Positions 25,960 through 40,806 of a stretch of DNA of 64,000 nucleotides are shown in pieces. Position 1 is the first letter of the stretch, and the number at the start of each line of letters is the position of its first letter. This DNA comes from Malacoraja senta. Taxonomy: Eukaryota. The notes below the pieces were generated by a model. That model saw only the letters and a list, made by a program, of their open reading frames with translations, was not told the origin of the DNA and made no database searches. The stretch covers positions 1 through 64,000 of the forward strand of contig JAXLNO010001567.1 of the NCBI GenBank assembly GCA_038087875.1. The letters are read 5' to 3'. Position numbers and translations under genes: made by a program.

Positions 25960-26990
25960 TAGGTCCTTGGATGGAGTCAAGGGGGGAGGTAAAGCGCCAA
26001 GTGTAGCATTTCCTGCGGTTGCAAGGGAAAGTACCAGGGGAGGGAGTGGTTTGGGTGGGAAGGGACGAATTGACCAGGGAGTTACAGAGGGAGCGGTCTC
26101 TGCAGAAAGCTGAAAGGGGAGAAGATGAGAAGATGTGGCCAGTGATGGGATCCCGTTGGAGGTGGCGAATATGTCGGAGGATTATCTGTTGTATGTGACG
26201 GCTGGTAGGGTGTAATGTGAGGACAAGGGGGACTTGTCACGAGTGGGGGGATGGGGAGTGAGAGCGGAGCAACGAGATATAGAAGAGACCCTGCTGAGAG
26301 CCTCATCTATAGTCGAAGAGAAGAAGCCCCGTTCCCTAACCTTCCCCTCCCCTGGCACTTTCCCTTGCAACTGCAGGAAATGCTACACTTGTCGCTTTAT
26401 CTCCCCCCTTGACTCCATCCAAGGATCTAAGCAGTCTTTCCAGGTGAGGCAGAGGTTCACCTGCCCCTCCTCCAAACTCATCTATTGCATCCGCTGCTCT
26501 AGGTGTCAACTGCTCTACATCGGTGAGACCAAGCGCAGGCTTGGCGATCGCTTCGCCCAACACCTCCGCTCAGTCCGCATTAACCAACCTGATCTCCCGG
26601 TGGCTCAGCACTTCAACTCCCCCTCCCATTCAGAATCCGACCTTTCTCTCCTGGGTCTCCTCCACGGCCAGAGTAAGACCCTCTGCAAATTGGAGGGGCA
26701 GCATATCATTTTTCGCTTGGGTAGTTTACACCCCAGCGGTATGAACATTGACCTCCATTTTCAGGTAGTCTTTGCTTTCTCCCTCCTTCCCCTCCCCTTC
26801 GAAGCTCTCCCACAGCCTACTATCTCCACCTCTTCCTTTCTTCTTCCCGCCCCACACCCCCATATCAGTCTGAAGAAGGGTCTCGACCCAAAACATCACC
26901 TATTCCTTTGCTCCATAGATGCTGCCTCACCGCTGAGTGTCTCCAGCATTTTTGTCTACCTTGGATTTTTCCAGCATCTGCAGTTCTTTC
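25960..26990. mobile_element. Penelope-like fragments joined in inverted orientation
   Basis: 25960-26335 is in minus orientation and 26340-26990 is in plus orientation (GIY-YIG in ORF 26234-27040). The arms are complementary. Confidence 0.8.
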
Positions 26991-27752
26991 TTAAACATGT
27001 ACTTGTTCTTTGTACTTTCCTGAGTGTATGGTGGGGGTAATGTGGGGTGAGCTTTACCCAAAATCAAATACGAGGTAAGAGTTGTTTAATTGTCATATGT
27101 ATCAACAATAGAACAACAAAATTCTGACTTGCTGCAGCTTCACCTGCATGTAACTGCAATAACACAGTGATAATATAAAACAACCAATAAAACAATAAAT
27201 TAATAACTGTAATACTGGACTATCATAATAGTGTAAAAAACTAAATTCATATTACATTCAAAGACATTCCGTAGATGATCATAGATGCTGAAGTTAGTTT
27301 TGTGTGGTGTTGAAGAGCCTGATGTTTGCTGAGAAGAGGCTATTCTTAAATCTGGTTGTCACGGTTTTCAGGCTGCTGTATCTTTCCCTATATCTATACT
27401 TAGGGGCGGCAGGGTGGCGCAGCGGTAGTTGCTGCCTTATAGCACCAGACACCAGGGTTCGATCCTGACTATGGGTGCGGTCTGCACGGTGTTTGTATGT
27501 TGGGTGAACGCATGGGTTTTCTCCGGGTGCTCCAGTTTCCTCCCACACTCCAAAGACGTACAGGTTTGTAGGTTAATTGGTTTGTAAATTGTAATTTGTA
27601 CCTAGTGTGTGTAGGATAGTGCCAATGTAAAGGGATCATTGGTCTTCGCAAACTTGGTAGGCCGAAAGGCCTGTTTCCATGCTGTATCTCTAAACTAAAC
27701 TAAACTAATTCTGCCCTGAGAGTGTGTGCATGGACAACGCAGACACAGCTTA

Positions 27753-28070
27753 AAGGCCCTGTCCCACTGTACGAGCTAATTCAAGAGTTCTCCCGAGTTT
27801 CCCCTGATTCGAACTCGGAGAATTACGGTAATAGCCGCTCGTAGGTACTTTGGGCTCTCGTGGACTTTTTTCAACATGTTGAAAAATCTTCACGAGTCTT
27901 CACGAGCTTACCGCGTATCCCGAGTACCTGCCGTTAGCGTTACGAGCTGCTAGGAGATGTCCCGAGCTCCGACGTACCCGCTACGTACTTTCTACGTGCT
28001 TACCACGAGTTTAATTTTTTTTTAAACTCGGGAGAGCTCTTGAATTACCTCGTACAGTGGGACAGGCTTT
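27753..28070. mobile_element. Harbinger-type MITE of about 320 bp
   Basis: TIRs AAGGCCCTGTCCCACTGTACGAG and CTCGTACAGTGGGACAGGCTT, preceded by TTA. Confidence 0.8.
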
Positions 28071-29865
28071 GAATTTTCTTATTAAAAGGCAGTACATTGA
28101 GGCAACTGGCAGAATTGGTGCCCCTCTGCTACAGCAACTTGGATTCAATCCTGATCTCGGGTACAACGTGTATCATTTTCTTGTTCTCCGTATGACACGT
28201 GGATTTCCACCAAATGCTCCATTCCTCCTATATCTCAAAGACATGCGAGTTGGTTGGTTAATTGAATTTTGTAAATTGCCCAGTGTGTGATTGGATGACA
28301 GATGTTGTCTATGTTTAGTTTAGTTTAGAGATACAGTGAGGAAACAGACCCTACAGCCCATCGGGCCTGCACCGACCAGCGATCCCCGCATTTTAACGCT
28401 ACCCTACACACACTAGGGGTAATTTTACCTTTTATACCAAGCCAATTAACGTACAAACCTGTACGTCTTTGGAGTGTGGGAGGAAACTGAAGATCTTGGA
28501 GAAAACCTACGCAGGTCACGGGGAGAACGTACAAACTCCATATAGAAAAGCACTTGTAGTCAGGATTGAACCCAGATCTCTGGCACTGTAAAGCAGTAGC
28601 CTTACGACTATGCCACCATGCCATCCTTCAGCAAGGCCCCACATGGGTGGCTGGTCCATTAGGTTGGAAAACATGGGATCCAGGGTGAGCTAGTCAATTG
28701 GACACAAAGTTGGCTTGGTGGTAGGAGTCAGAGAATGGTAGTGCAGGGTTGTTTTTTTTTACATAGGAAGTCTGTGACCAGTGGTATGCCTCAGGGACTG
28801 ATGCTCTGATGTCATTCAGTCACACACAGTGCTCTCAGACTGATTAATGGTTTCAATTTGCAGAAATGAAAGAGATGAAGGAAAGCGAGATAGAGCTGAG
28901 GGATGAGAGATGGAGAGATAAATAGATGGAGAGAGATAGGGAGAGAGAGAGATATATAGTGAGATGGAGAGAGATGATAGATAGAGAGAGGGATAATGTG
29001 ATTGATACTTGCTGAGAGCAGAGCTGAAAATAGGTGAGGTGCCCTTGGGAAAGTGTGGACACAGGATGTCTGGGGATGACCAGTTTATTAACTGGACTAC
29101 AGTATGAAGCAAAATAGGTCAATGTTAAGAGTTCTCAAGCCAGATAAGCAACACTAAGATGTGTTTTGTTATTCAGTCCCTGGATGAGTGGCAACTTGAA
29201 TTTCTTGATTTTCTTTTCAGAGTTCAGACCTTGGATTAGAGTCTATTGTGCAACAAATCAGCTGAGCCCCTGGACAGATTAATGGTTGCCTGTTCAACAT
29301 TCTGTACAACTGTAACACGACACCCCAACCCTAGTCCTCAGTACCATGGCTGAGGAAACAAGGCACAACATATACTCTGTGTAGGAATGAACAGCAGATG
29401 CTAATGTAAACCGAAGATAGACACAAAAAGCTAGAGAGACTCAGCGGCAATATTTCTGGAGAGAAGGAATGGGTGACGTTTTGGATTGAGGCGATTCTTC
29501 AGACATATATTCCCTTCACTACCCTATCAAACTATGATGCCATTTTCAGGGAACTATGTAATTGTACACCAAGGTACAGCTCCATTTACAATCCTGCAAT
29601 AGATTTGGCCAGTCATGATTTGAATTCCCAAAATGCATCAAATCACACTTGTTTGAGTTAGATTTCAACTGGCATTCCTTCCCCCCCCCCCTCACCTCCC
29701 ATCCCCTCACCTCCATACCTTTCCGGTTGATCAACATTATTTTGTAATCTTAGATAACAATTTTCATTACCTAATATACTTATCAATTTTGTTGTCAACT
29801 CTGGCAAAGAAGAATCCAAAGATACTTTATGTACATTCAAGAATCAATATTGTTTTATTGTCATA

Positions 29866-30386
29866 CCAGACCAAGTGCAGACCCGTTGGGTCTGCTCCCC
29901 CAACGCAATATTCCAGCACTCACCCGTTCCCCCAACGCAAACCGTTTGGCTTAAAAAAACACTTTAATCATGATGAGGGCAGGGGGTGTGGCACTCGGCA
30001 GCTTGAGAGCCCATCGTGATTGGTGCACTGGAGGGGGGTGGGGAGGGGGGAAGGAGGGTTGGAGCACTGGAGTGTCCGTCCCTCCTGGAGTGGCCCTGTC
30101 CTGCCTCGCGAGTGCATTGTGAAGTCACTTGGATTTTGTTTCCAAAATGGAAGAGTTTGAAGAAATCAAACTGTTTTTAAAATTTAACGATTAATAACTT
30201 CGGAAATATAGGGGGAAATGTGATGGGAAGATGTTTATTGCCACCACGGGAAAAATGTGAGTAAGATGTGTGAAAATAGGAAGGCTGTGGCCTAGCATTA
30301 GGAAGAAGACAGGAATTTACCAGATTGACACACACACAGACACATCGTGGGCACAAACAAGCCAAAGACTTTTAGTTATATAGAGA
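29866..30386 (-). mobile_element. Non-autonomous Helitron-like element
   Basis: On the minus strand it starts with TC, ends with CTGG (CTRR) and sits between host A and T. A subterminal hairpin CAGACCC-GTT-GGGTCTG lies at 29878-29894. Removing the element restores a Rex1-type tail (tttattgtcatatgtcc). Confidence 0.7.
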
Positions 30387-33300
30387 TGTCCTAGATAGAA
30401 CAATGACATTCTTACTTGCAGCAGCACAACAGAATATGTAAACATAGTACACTGTAAACAATATAAGAAACATGAAATAAAAATATCTGGGTGTGTATGT
30501 ATACACATACTCACAAATACACATATATAGAGACCATATTCGTATATATATATACACACACACACACTCATATGTACACACAAAAAACAAACAATAATGG
30601 TGCAACAATAACAATAATAGTCTATGTAGTTAAGAGCTTGTTTAAGGCTGTAGTGTTTAATAGCCTAAAGGCTGTAGGGTAGAAGTTATTGCTGAACCTG
30701 ACGTTACAATTTTCAGGCTCCTGTACCTTCTACCCTATGGCAGGGGTGAAATAAGTGTGTGGCCAGGGTGGTATGGGTCTCTGATGATCCTTGCTGCCTT
30801 TTTGAGCTTCCTTCGATGGTGGGGAGGTCAGAACCCGTGATGGACTGGGCAGTGTTCACAAGTTTTTACAGTCTTCTTCGCTCCTATATTAAATGAATGA
30901 GGGTAACTTGATAAAGAATAAATCCACTCAGAAAATAAAAGCTGTCATCTCTGTGAGGAGCTGCATGAGATGAGCAAGATTTTCAATGAGTATTTCTCCC
31001 CTGTTTTTACTGTGGAGAAAGATTTGAAGATGAGGGAGCTTGCAACAGGAAATGGAGATGTCTGGAGGACAGTCCGTGTTATGGCCGATGATGTGCTGGA
31101 CATCCTAAGACATATGAAAGTAGATAATTCACCCAGACCTGATCAGATATATCAGAGGACACTGTGGGGAGCTAGAGAAAAAATTGCAAGCGCCCTGACT
31201 GAGAGATATGAATCATTGTTAGAAGGACTACAGGGCATAGCCTAGAAACTATAAATCAGTGGGCCTACAATCTGCAGTAGGTAAGTTACTGGACAGGATT
31301 CTGAGAGATAGGGTAAATATGCATTTGTAGAGACAGGGGCTGGTCAGTGTGGTTTTGTACGTGGGAGATCATGCATCGCCAATCTGGTAGTTTTTGGAAA
31401 AAGTAACCAAGAAGGTTGATGATGATAAGGTCATAGACATTGTACATATGGTCTTTAGCAAGGCCTTTGATAAGTTTCTGCATGGTAGGCTGCTCTGGAT
31501 GATTAGAGCTCATGGAATTCAGGGAGAACTAGCTGCCTAAACAAAGAATTACGTTCATGGTAGCATAGGGTGATAGTGGAAGTGCTTTTCACACTGGAGG
31601 CCTGTGACTAGAGGTGTCCCTCAGGGATCAGTGCTGGGCCCATTGCTGATTGTGGTTTATATAAGCAACTTAGATGAAAATGTGCGGCATGATTAGAAAC
31701 TTTGCAGATGACATTGACCTAGTTGGTATCATAAACAGTGAACATAGTTATCAAAAATTACAGCTGGATCGTGATCAGTGAGACAAGTGGGCTGAAGAAT
31801 GGTTAATGGAGCTTCCAGGCCTGACCTACTGACACTGTTGATCATGCCACCATCGGCCCACAAAGATTCCAGGCCATGTTTGCCGCCAACCTTTACCTGT
31901 ACTCTAGCCACTCGTGGGCCCATTGACTCCGCCGATCCTCGCCTCTTCACCGGCCACCAGTCGGCCAAAGACATCAACACATGGTTTGCAAGCCCCTTTT
32001 CCGGCCTTGGGCCTCTACGCTGCTGGCCCCGACAATATACAGTAAAGCTCTCCGGGGTCCTTCCCCCCCGACTTCCTTCTGATACAGAACAGTCAGTCTT
32101 CAACTGAGGCCTTATCTTTGTATCCCTACGCCCCCACCTCAACAAATTCAGGGCTCACCATGATGTAGAGATCTTCTTCAGTTGCCTCCGCCTCCAAGCC
32201 TTTTTCTACGGGAAGGAGTCCTCACCTCCCGGTGAAAACACAGTCCTCCTTATCCTACAAACCCCATCCTCTTTGACCCCCTGTGCCAGCCTTCTACCCT
32301 CTCCCGACCTGTTTATTTCGAACTGCTGGCATGACATATCTCTAAACCAAACTCAATTATGAACAAATGGTGATTCATTTCTAAGTCAGGATGGATCCCA
32401 GGTCAGGTTCCCACACATCTGCTGACCTGTTGTTCTTGTGCTTGAGATGTTGAGTTTGGAATGTTCTGATGGACTAGATGACACGTATCTGCAGTGTGTT
32501 TTGTCACTGGTTGAAGCTTGTGGTGCAGTGAATAAATGAGGAAATGAAATTGAGCATTGTGCAATCAACAACAGACAATCACTTTTGACTTTATAATGGA
32601 AGGAAGGTCACTAAAGTACCAGATCTTGATTATTGAGTACTCCACATCTTCCAGGCACCTAACATTGATTTACCTTGATTGGGTTACTTGGATCTGCATA
32701 AGGAATGGGAACAGCTTCAAACAATCTACTTGATTGTTGTTAATTAATTTTATTAATAATATCATAGAGTCATAGAGTGATATAGTTTGGAAACAGGTCC
32801 TTCGGCCCAACTCGCCCACACCGGCCAACAATGTCCCAGCTACACTGGTCCCACTTGCCTGCGATTGTCTAACTGTTTCTTAAAGGATAGGATAGTCCCA
32901 GCCTCAACTACCTCCTCTGGCAGCTTGTTCCATACACCCACCAGCCTTTGTGTGAAAATGTTGACCCTCGGATTCCTATTAAATCTTTTTCCCCTTCACC
33001 TTGAACCTATGTCCTCTGGTCCTCGATTCCCCTACTCTGGGCAAAGTCTCTGTGCATCGAATAACAGTTGATTGCGTTATCATTTCAATGTGTGCTGATC
33101 TTTCAGGAAACTTTCCAAGTCAATCCATGTTCACCACACTCATAGTCACTTTGAGGTAACATTGGCAGGGCAGGTTGTCCCTTATGGTAATCTTGATAAG
33201 GAATGTCTGGCCAAGTGTACAATGGCCAATTAATTCATGAAATCAGATTCAAGTTGGGGTTGTGGACCAGTGTCTGTTCCATGCAAGAATAATCCTGATA

Positions 33301-36300
33301 TTATGAACTTTACACTAATACCAAACATTGTGGGCTAAACCCTGCAGCTCCAAACCGGTGCTGCCACCAAAGCAATAGGTTATCAGGTCAAGTTAAATCT
33401 CTACATTGTTTATAACTTTGGAGTTTTGATTTATGCAAAATGTTAGTGGAAATCAATACAAATTGTGTATTGTCTCAATGTAATCTATATTTCCTGTAGT
33501 CTTGTACTAAAGTATGATTGTCCTTGTGTATTGTAAATGTTTGACAGAACTGTAGGCAAAAAGTAATTTCACTGAACCCAGGTATATGTGACAATAAAGT
33601 ACCATTGAACCATTGAATCAATGCACCCACTGTCACTTGAATACATAAGCAGGTTATAGTCAAGAATTATTTTAAAATTCATTTGCCCAGGTTTATGCAC
33701 AGGTATGAAGTATTAATAGTCTCAGTTCAGTTTAGTTTATTGTGAAATAGTGAAAGCTGTTTACAGTGAAAAGCTTTTGTTGTGTGCTAACCAGTCAGCA
33801 GAAAGTCAATACATGATTGTAATCGATCTGAAGATAGACACAAAAAGCTGGAGTAACTCAGCAGGACAGGCAGCATCTCTGGAGAGAAGGAATGGGTGAC
33901 GTTTCAGGTTGAGACTTTCTTCAATTCTTCTCTCCAGAGATGCTGCCTGCCCCGCTGAGTTACTCCAGCTTTTTTATGACTATCTTCTGTTTAAACCAGT
34001 ATCTGCAGTTCCTTCGTACACATTACAATCGATCCATTTACAATGTATCACAGCAACTGGAGAAAGAATCTCATCCTTTAATCCCATTTTTTCCCTCAGT
34101 CCAACACACTGAACACAATGGAAATTAGCTGACTGACCGGAGATGTGTTCTCCATGACTTTGCACAACTCAAGCTGTGGAAGCTCTACAGAGCTGTAGAT
34201 GTTGTGTACATGGATTTCAGAAAGGTATTCGAAAAGGCTCCGCATGGTAGGCTGCTCTGGAAGATTTGATCACATGAGATCCAAGGAGAGATAGCTGAAT
34301 GGATAGCAAATGGCTCCATGGAAGGAAGCAGAGGGTGATGGTGGAAGGTTGCTTCACTGATTGGAGGCGTGTGACTAGTGGTGTGACTCAGGGTTCGGTG
34401 CTGGGCCCGTTACTGTTTGTCATCTACATAATTGATTTGGATGATATAATACGGGGCAAGATTAGCAAGGTTGCTGATGATACAAAAGGGAGTGGTTTTG
34501 CAGATAGTGAAGATGGTTGTGAACGGTTGCAGGTAGACAATGGTTGTGAACGATTGCAGCAGGATCTGGATCGATTGGCCAGTGGGCCGAGGAATGGTTG
34601 ATGGAATTTAATACAGAGAAGTGTGAGGTGTTGCTTTTTGGGACGTCTAACACAGTAAATGGTCGGTCTCTGGGGAGTGTTGAGAGGAGAGGGATCTAGG
34701 AGTACAAGTGCAAGGTTCCTTAAAGGTCGAGTCATAGGTAGATAAGGTGGTCAAAAAGGCTTTTGGCACATTGGCCTTCATCAGTCAGAATAATGAGTAC
34801 AGAAGTTGGGAGGTCATGTTGCAGTTGTATAAGATGTTGGTGAGACCGCATTTAGAATATTGTGTTCAGTTCTGGGCACCATGTTATAGGAAAGATATTG
34901 TCAAGCTTGAAACTGGTCAGAAAAGATTTACAAGGATGTTGCCAGGACTAGAGGGTGTGAGTTATAGGGAGAGGTTGAGTAGGCTGGGTCTCTATTCCTT
35001 GGAGCGCAGGAGGATGAGGGGTGATCTTGTAAGAGGTATACAATACCATCAGAGGAATAGTTCGGGTAGATGCACAGAGTCTTTTGCCCAGAGTAGGGGA
35101 ATCGAGGACCAGATGACATAGTTTCAAGGTCAATGGGATAAGATTTAATAGGAATCCGAAGGGTAACGTTTTCACACAAAGTGTGGTGGGTGTATGGAAC
35201 AAGCTCCCAGAGGAGGTAATTGAGGCTGGGACAATCCCCTCGTTTAAGAAACAGTTAGACATGTACATGGATATGACAGGTTTGGAGGGATATGGACCAA
35301 AGGCAGGCAGGTGGGACTAGTGTAGCTGGGACATGTTGCCCAGTGTGGACAAGTTGGGCTGAAGGGCCTGTTCCCAAACTGTATCACTCTATGACTCCAT
35401 AACTAAAAGTCATGGAAGGAAGGAGATAATTTTCATTGGAGATGGGTTGTATGATGTGAAAGTGTTCATCGAATGTAAAATTTCTGTTTGCATTCGACTA
35501 GGTCAGTTTATCTTGGCATTACATTTGGCATATACATTGTGGGCCAAAGGGTGAGTTCCTGACCTGTAATATTCTGTATCTGATAGTCTACAAATCACAC
35601 ATTCACCCTGCCTCTGTTCCTGTACCTCTTCTGACTGATCTGTTGGGCTGAGACTCCAACCCCAACCTCTTACACAATGTGAGATTTGTGGAATGACAAA
35701 TACATTTCCATCACTTAGTGACTGGAGCACCTCAGGCACTGGGCCAAGTGTTTGCTGATAAACTGTCCACTATTGCCTGGGTTCTTGAGTGAACAAGGAA
35801 CTCTTTCAATACCTTCTCAACTATCTAAAAGATCAAGTAACAGGGTGGAACGTAATTAATTCAATTTGGTTCATATTTATGTTATAAAATTAGATATGAT
35901 AAATATAGATTAATTGCATAAATGTATCTGTCATTGATAAACTTGATCTGTTCACACCATTTTGAATCACATGCCCGTTCAAAAATTCCTCCATTCACAC
36001 CATTCTGAATCACATACCCCATTCAAAAATGCCCCCACCAACACCATTCTGAAGCTTATACCCATTCAAAAAATTATCCATTCACACAATACTGATTCAC
36101 ATACCAAATGTGTAGGAAGGAACTGCAGATGCCAGTTTACACGGGAGACAGACACAAAATGCTGGAGTAACTCACAGGCAGCATCTCTGGAGAGAAGGAA
36201 TGGGTGACATTGTGGGTCGAGACCCTACTTCAGACCAAGATGTGTTCAGATCCAATAGACTACTTTTAAATTCTGTGCATTCACATTTCCATCCAAATCC

Positions 36301-39300
36301 CACTGACTCACATTTCAGTCAACATCTCCATTCTCATTGACATGCGATTTACACATAGGCCAGGATGATTTTTTCCCCAAAGGATCTCAACCCAAAACAT
36401 CACCCATTCCTTCTATCCAGAGCTGCTGCCTGTGCCTCTGAGTTACTACAACATTTTGTGTCTATCTTCAGCTTAAACCAGCATCTGCAGTTCCTTTGTT
36501 TACATTAAGAATTCCTTGGACTTGTTTAGCATGGTTTGAACTCATTGTTTGAAAGCAGAATTCATTAACATTGTCCAATAGGGAGTGTGAGTATTTCTTG
36601 AAGTAAATGCCACAATTTGTTTGCTTTTCCTTGTGAAAGGCTGTGCTTGGTATTGGGTTTCCTGAATTCAACTGTAATCAATATCAGACTGACAGACAAA
36701 AAGCCTTGATCTCACCATTAACTATAGAGTAGCATGCAGTCTAGTTCAGGCTAGGCTGTGATGTCTCCCAGTAAATGGAAATAGCTCTCAAACATACCAT
36801 GTGCAAACTGATCCTCAAAGTTCGGTCGTGTGAGAAAGGTATTGTAGAGAGTGTGTCTACTTACAGCTAAAGCAGAACAAGAGGTCAGTGCACTTGTATC
36901 AGAGAAATTGATTAAAACATTTTTAAATAACCTACGCCTTTCCAGAGAATGCCATCTTGTAACAAAAGGCCTGTTATCAATAGATTATGAGAGGTGGCTG
37001 TTGATTGAATTGAATTGAATACTTTATTGTCACATGTGACAAGTCTCAGTGACATTCTTTGCTTGCACACACAAGGTATGGAAATATTTGCTCATAAAGG
37101 GCGTTTACAAAGTTACAAATCTCCGTCCCCCACGCCGGGTCCTCCTTTGCTCCTTCCCTCAGCAGCGGCGTCCTCAATTCCACGAGTCCGTTCTCGTCCA
37201 TTGGTCGGCGCCATCATCGACCACCACACTGGCCTTTTCATTAACGCTGCCGGGTGATCTCCGGACACCTTTGTGGCACTGACCCAAGCCCCCGCTGCGG
37301 GCTCCATCCACCCAGGCAAGAAGTAACTGTGAGTTGTGTGCAAAACATTTTTTTCATGCGGTGTCAGCCACAGCATATCTCCATTCTCAGTCAGAGAGCC
37401 ACGGGTCAATATCCCACCAAAGAAACACCAGTGGAATCTAGTGCTATACGGGACGTTCTGCAGAGTTTGTGATGCAATTTTACAACCACATGTTAAAACA
37501 AAATACTACCAGGCCGGCACAATGGCACAACTGGCAGAGCTGCTCCCTCAGTGCTAGAGAATATTGTGAGCAATTTTGGGCACTATATCTGAGAAAGGAT
37601 GTCCTGGCTCTGGAGAGGGTCCAGAGGAGGTTTACAACAATGATCCCAGAAATGAGTAGATTAACCTATCATGAACATTTGTTAGCACTGGGCCTGTACT
37701 CTCTGGAGTTTAGAAGAATGAGGGGGGACCTCATTAAAACCTACAGAATAGTGAATGGTTTGGATAGAGTGGATGTGGAGAGGATGTATCCACTAGTGAG
37801 AGAGTCTAGGACTGGAGGCCATAGCCTCAGATTTAAAGGACGTTCTTTTAGGAAGATGAGGAGAAATTTCTTAAGGCAGAGGGTGGCAAATCCATGGAAT
37901 TTGTTGCCACAGAAGGCTGTGGAGGCCGTCTGGATATTTTTAAGTCGAAGATAGATAGATTCTTGATTGGTACAAGTGTCCGAGGTTATGGGGAGAAGGC
38001 AGGAGAATTGGGGTGAGGAGGGAGAGATAGATCAGTAATGATTGAATGGTGGAGTGAACTAGATGGGCCGAATGGCCTAATTCTACACCCATTCCTTATG
38101 ACCTGGCCTTGATCCTGCCCTCAAGTACTGTCCGTGTGGAGTTTGCACCTTCCCCCTGTGACTGCGCTGGCTACCTCCAGGTGGTCCAGCTTCCTCGTAC
38201 ACCACATGCTGGCTTGTTGCTTAATTGGCCTCCGTGAAGTCAAAATGTGATGCATAAATGTGATAACTCTGAACTGGTGTGAACGGATGGTCAATGACTG
38301 GTGTGGATTCGCTGGGCTGAATGGACTGATATATATTTCAGCCCTCTAAAAAATAATCCCAAAACGTTATTTAAGGAATACAGGTTAATCCCAGAATCCT
38401 TATTGATATTTATCTTGCAGTTGATACCACCGAAGAACACAGATCATCTGTCGCTCATCACATTTCCCTTTGAATGAAAATTGAAAGCAGTGTTTGAGAG
38501 TGTCAGCGGTGAGGACAGGTTGGACAAACTTAGATCATTTGCTCTTGTGGAGTTGGAATATGAGGGGGGTGGGGGACACCTGATGGAAGTATATATAATT
38601 ATGAGAGACACAGAGTAGAGAGGAGTAAATCTTAAATTATTTTTTACACAGAGAGTGGTGGGTGCTTGGAGCATGCTGTCAGAGGAAGTAGTGGAAACAG
38701 ATATGATAGCAATGTTTAAAGGCATTTAAACAGGCATGTATGTGGTACTGCTCTATGTTTTATGTTAACTAATAAATTGATTTTGACTGTCACGCCACAC
38801 AGTGGCTCTTTTATTTTTTATTTTTATTATTATCTTGTTTATCTATTTATACTCTGTTTATGGGCCTGTTAGGCTGCTGCATGTAATAATGTAATTGTTC
38901 TGTTGTTGGAACATTTAATTAGACATTTCATTAAAGAAGCTTTCTCTTGTCTCTCTTGGGTCGTGACATGTGAACAGAGAGGAAATGAAGGGGTGTGTGG
39001 AAAGGAACAGCAGATGCCGGTTTAAACCAAAGGTAGACACAAAAATCTTGAGTAACTCAGCGGGAAAGGCAGCATCTCAGGAGAGAAGGACTGGGTGATG
39101 TTTTGGATCGATGCCCTTCTTCAGTCTGGATAGACAATGTGCAGGAAGATGGGATTAGTTTGTAAAGGCAACATAGCCAGCACAGACGTTGTGATGCTAG
39201 GGCTTATCCCTGTGTGATCCTGCTCAATGTTCTCTGTTTATTCATTCAATAGTGTTTACATTTCAAGAAATACTCAGTGGTTCTAAATGTTTTTAAAATG

Positions 39301-40795
39301 TTGTGAAAGGTTTTACAAGAATGAATCTATATATTTTACTTTTTTCTCCGTTTTTCATATTCTGATTTACATTGTAAAGAATCTCATTGTGTACGCACAC
39401 AGAAACCAACCAAACAGTATCATACTTCAAGGCCAGAGTTTATGTTGCACTTGAACCTGCAAACACCCTTGTTGGTATAACTTTATCAGTGTAACCATCT
39501 GTTGGCTTGTTACTTATTTGTTTATCGAAGCAGCTTGCTGTTAAATAAAGGTGATATATTTACCACAGCTTCTCACTATGTAGCAGATCTCCCCCCTTGT
39601 CAATCTTTTCCGAGAGTCTCCCTTCTTTATCTCTTTCCTTTGCTGCTACATTTTCCTTGATCTCCATTCCCTTTGTCCTGTTTTCACATCTTACACGTCC
39701 TTATCTATACACTTCCTTATCTATCGACCTCCCATTCCCCTGACATCAGCCTGAAGAAAGGTCTCGACCCAAAATGTCACCCATTCCTTCTCTTCAGAAA
39801 TGCTGCCTGTCCCGACGAGTTACTCCAGCATGTTGTGTCTATGTTCTGATTGGATCTCTTGTTGTTTCCTTGCATTCTTATTTTGATTGTCATTAAAGTT
39901 GTTGGCGTTGCCTGTACTGGATCCCACCCCTGGCCCAAGACAAGCAACAAGACACAATGACATAAAATTTAACATAAACATCCACCACGGCAGATTCCCA
40001 CATTACTCACTGTGATGGAAGGCAAAAAAGTCCAATCTTCTTTCTTTTTATTCTCCCGCGGTCGGGGCAGTTGAAGCACCTGTGTCAGGGCGATAGAAGC
40101 TCCTGTGTTGGGGTGGTCAAAGCACCTGCGGCTTGGAGCTCCCGAGGTCGGTCTCTGACCAGAGACCGCGAGCTCCGTGATGTTAAGTCCGCAAGCACCC
40201 ACAGTTGGAGCTCCGAGGTCGATCCCTGGCAAAGAGATTGTGAGCTGCGTGATGGTAACTCCGCAGGCTCCCGTGGTGGAGCTGTCAAAAGTCGGCCTCC
40301 ACCAAAGGACGGCAACTCCTGGATGTTAGGCTGCAGTGCGGACCGAGATACGATACAGAAAAAAATCGCATCTCCATCGAGGTAAGATATTAGAAAAGGT
40401 TTCCCCCAACCCCACACCCCACCCCACGTAAAACAAGCTAAAGAACACTAAAAACATACATTTAACACATGGGTCAGCATCCTTGTTCTGCATAGGAGCC
40501 AGGACCCATGTCTGTGAGTGGATGGAGGGCCACATCTGTCACCATAGTTAATAATTAATTCATTATAGTTTTAAAAAATCGTAACAAAAAGACAATTACC
40601 CCCGGGACAAATACGACTAAAGTGCAACACTGTGGCCGGAGCGGAATTGCTCACCGACCTCGCTGATGCTTTGTTTTCCTCCAGCCCGTCCACCGCTGGG
40701 CTCCCGAAGAAACCGCTCCAGCACAGCGTTGTCGAAGTCGCTCTCATCCCGCTGCAGTTTCACACAAGCCGCAGCACCGAGGTGGGGGGGGGGGC

Positions 40796-40806
40796 GCTTT
40801 CACTTC
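40796..40806. promoter_or_regulatory. ISRE/IRF-like motif within a CpG-rich patch
   Basis: GCTTTCACTTC (GAAGTGAAAGC on the minus strand) lies next to a G-run and a CpG-rich segment that ends in a G|gtgagc donor at 40655. Confidence 0.4.

Noticed and set aside
29221-38480. Series of plus-strand acceptor-like sites (29221, 33107, 36946, 38421)
   Set aside because: They can be chained only with weak donors, the product is unrecognisable, and such sites are expected by chance in AT-rich DNA.
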